Below, one piece after another: positions 62,987 to 64,000 of a DNA stretch of 64,000 nucleotides (position 1 is the stretch's first letter; each line of letters begins with the position of its first letter). This DNA is from Klebsormidium nitens (Eukaryota > Plantae > Klebsormidiophyceae), in contig DF237272.1 in the NCBI GenBank assembly GCA_000708835.1, forward strand, positions 38,847-102,846. Reading direction: 5' to 3'. The position numbers were made by a program, and so were the translations under genes. Below the pieces are notes generated by a model, which had not been told where the DNA came from, made no database searches, and saw nothing but the letters and a program-made list of their open reading frames with translations.

Positions 62987-63890
62987 ATGGCGCGCGCGCT
63001 TCTCGTCGTCTCCGTTCTCTTGCCCCTGATTGCAACCTTTTGCAACGGGTATGAACTCATTCCCCCGGGGCCGAAAGAGGTCTTCAAAAGCGGAGGGGGA
63101 TCCCTCCAGCGGTGGGGCCCCTCTGAGACTCTAGAGAAGTGGGCGGGGGTAGGGGTGGTGGAACTGACTATGGAGCCCGGGGGATTTCTGCTGCCCCGGT
63201 ATCTGAACGCGGCGTCGATTGGATACGTGCTGGAAGGTGAGAAAGGCTTGTCAGATGAAGTTTGAAAGGGATCAGCCTGGAGGACTGACGATGGCTGGAT
63301 CTAAGAACCTGGGCTCCGGTGGCGTCAGCAGTAAGGGGCTGGAGCTTGTAGAGACGACTTGCGACCAAAACATTGCTTTGTGCCCATTTTACGGCTTCTC
63401 TCTTTGTAATAAGTGGCTTGGAGCTTCGACCAACATACGAGCAATAGTCGGTTGGATCAATACCATGAGATAAACGATAAAGCAAGATTGGCAGAGCCCA
63501 GACTCTTTGATATTTACAGCTCCTCATTCCAAAGCTCGGACTGAAGCAACTCTGATACTTTTCGTACCTCGCTTTGTCGAACATCATCTCTTAGACTACC
63601 GAGGACTGCACTTTTCACTGGATCTTCAAGTTCTATAGCACCACTGAGAAAGCTGACAACAATTGAAAGGGTCGGAAGACAAACAGAGTTCTTCCTTTCC
63701 AGGGTCTGCTAGGGCGCGTGTGGTTACCCCCTTCGGGCCTACCAACCTGCCCCGTCTGAAGCAGGGTGACGTGGTCGCCATCCCTGAGGGCTACGTCATG
63801 GGCCTGCACAATGACGGCAGCGAGAAGTTTAGGGTTTTGGGCGTCGCCGACGCCGCGGCCGCGCACGCGGAGGGCTTGAAGAACATCACG
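62987..63890 (+). CDS. Cupin of the legumin/11S-globulin-like family with an N-terminal signal peptide; partial, continues beyond the window
   Basis: Exons 62987-63236 and 63703-63890 are in phase. Motifs: GVGVVELTMEPGGFLLPRYLNAASIGYVLEG and LKQGDVVAIPEG...HNDG. Hydrophobic N-terminus MARALLVVSVLLPLIATFCNG. Confidence 0.85.
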
Positions 63891-64000
63891 GCGAGTCATC
63901 ATCTCTACGTGCCGAAGCTTGACTTCCATTTGATATCTGGACAGAATACTGACTGGAAAATAAAGAGTTCTGTCAGAAGTACTCTTAGCTTGAAGTGGCC

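Overview
Eukaryotic nuclear DNA with GC-rich exons and spliceosomal GT-AG introns of about 0.1-2.2 kb. The mix of a flagellar gene with land-plant-type plastid genes suggests a streptophyte green alga resembling Klebsormidium (inference). I reconstructed 15 protein-coding genes by hand, checking splice phases. In order: CFAP73/CCDC42 flagellar coiled-coil protein (-); disordered RPPSRQ-motif protein (+); orphan protein (-); plastid-type SF1 (IGHMBP2/UPF1-like) helicase (+); dUTPase (-); TRM6 (+); cyanobacterial-type plastid protein (+); mitochondrial carrier (-); DnaJ-ferredoxin (+); cyanobacterial-type putative lumen protein (-); class 3 lipase (+); cytochrome b561 (-); MAP65/PRC1-like protein (+); an apparently frameshifted gene (-); and a legumin-like cupin that runs off the window (+). 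I found no rRNA, tRNA, CRISPR array or intact transposon. Three observations stand out. (1) Degenerate tandem copies of exon edges plus their splice sites recur inside the neighbouring introns: 8 introns in 4 genes. (2) Gene strands alternate almost perfectly (13 of 14 adjacent pairs), with G-box-like motifs in several divergent spacers. (3) There is an apparent single-base frameshift at about 62110. All product calls come from motif recognition, not database searches.
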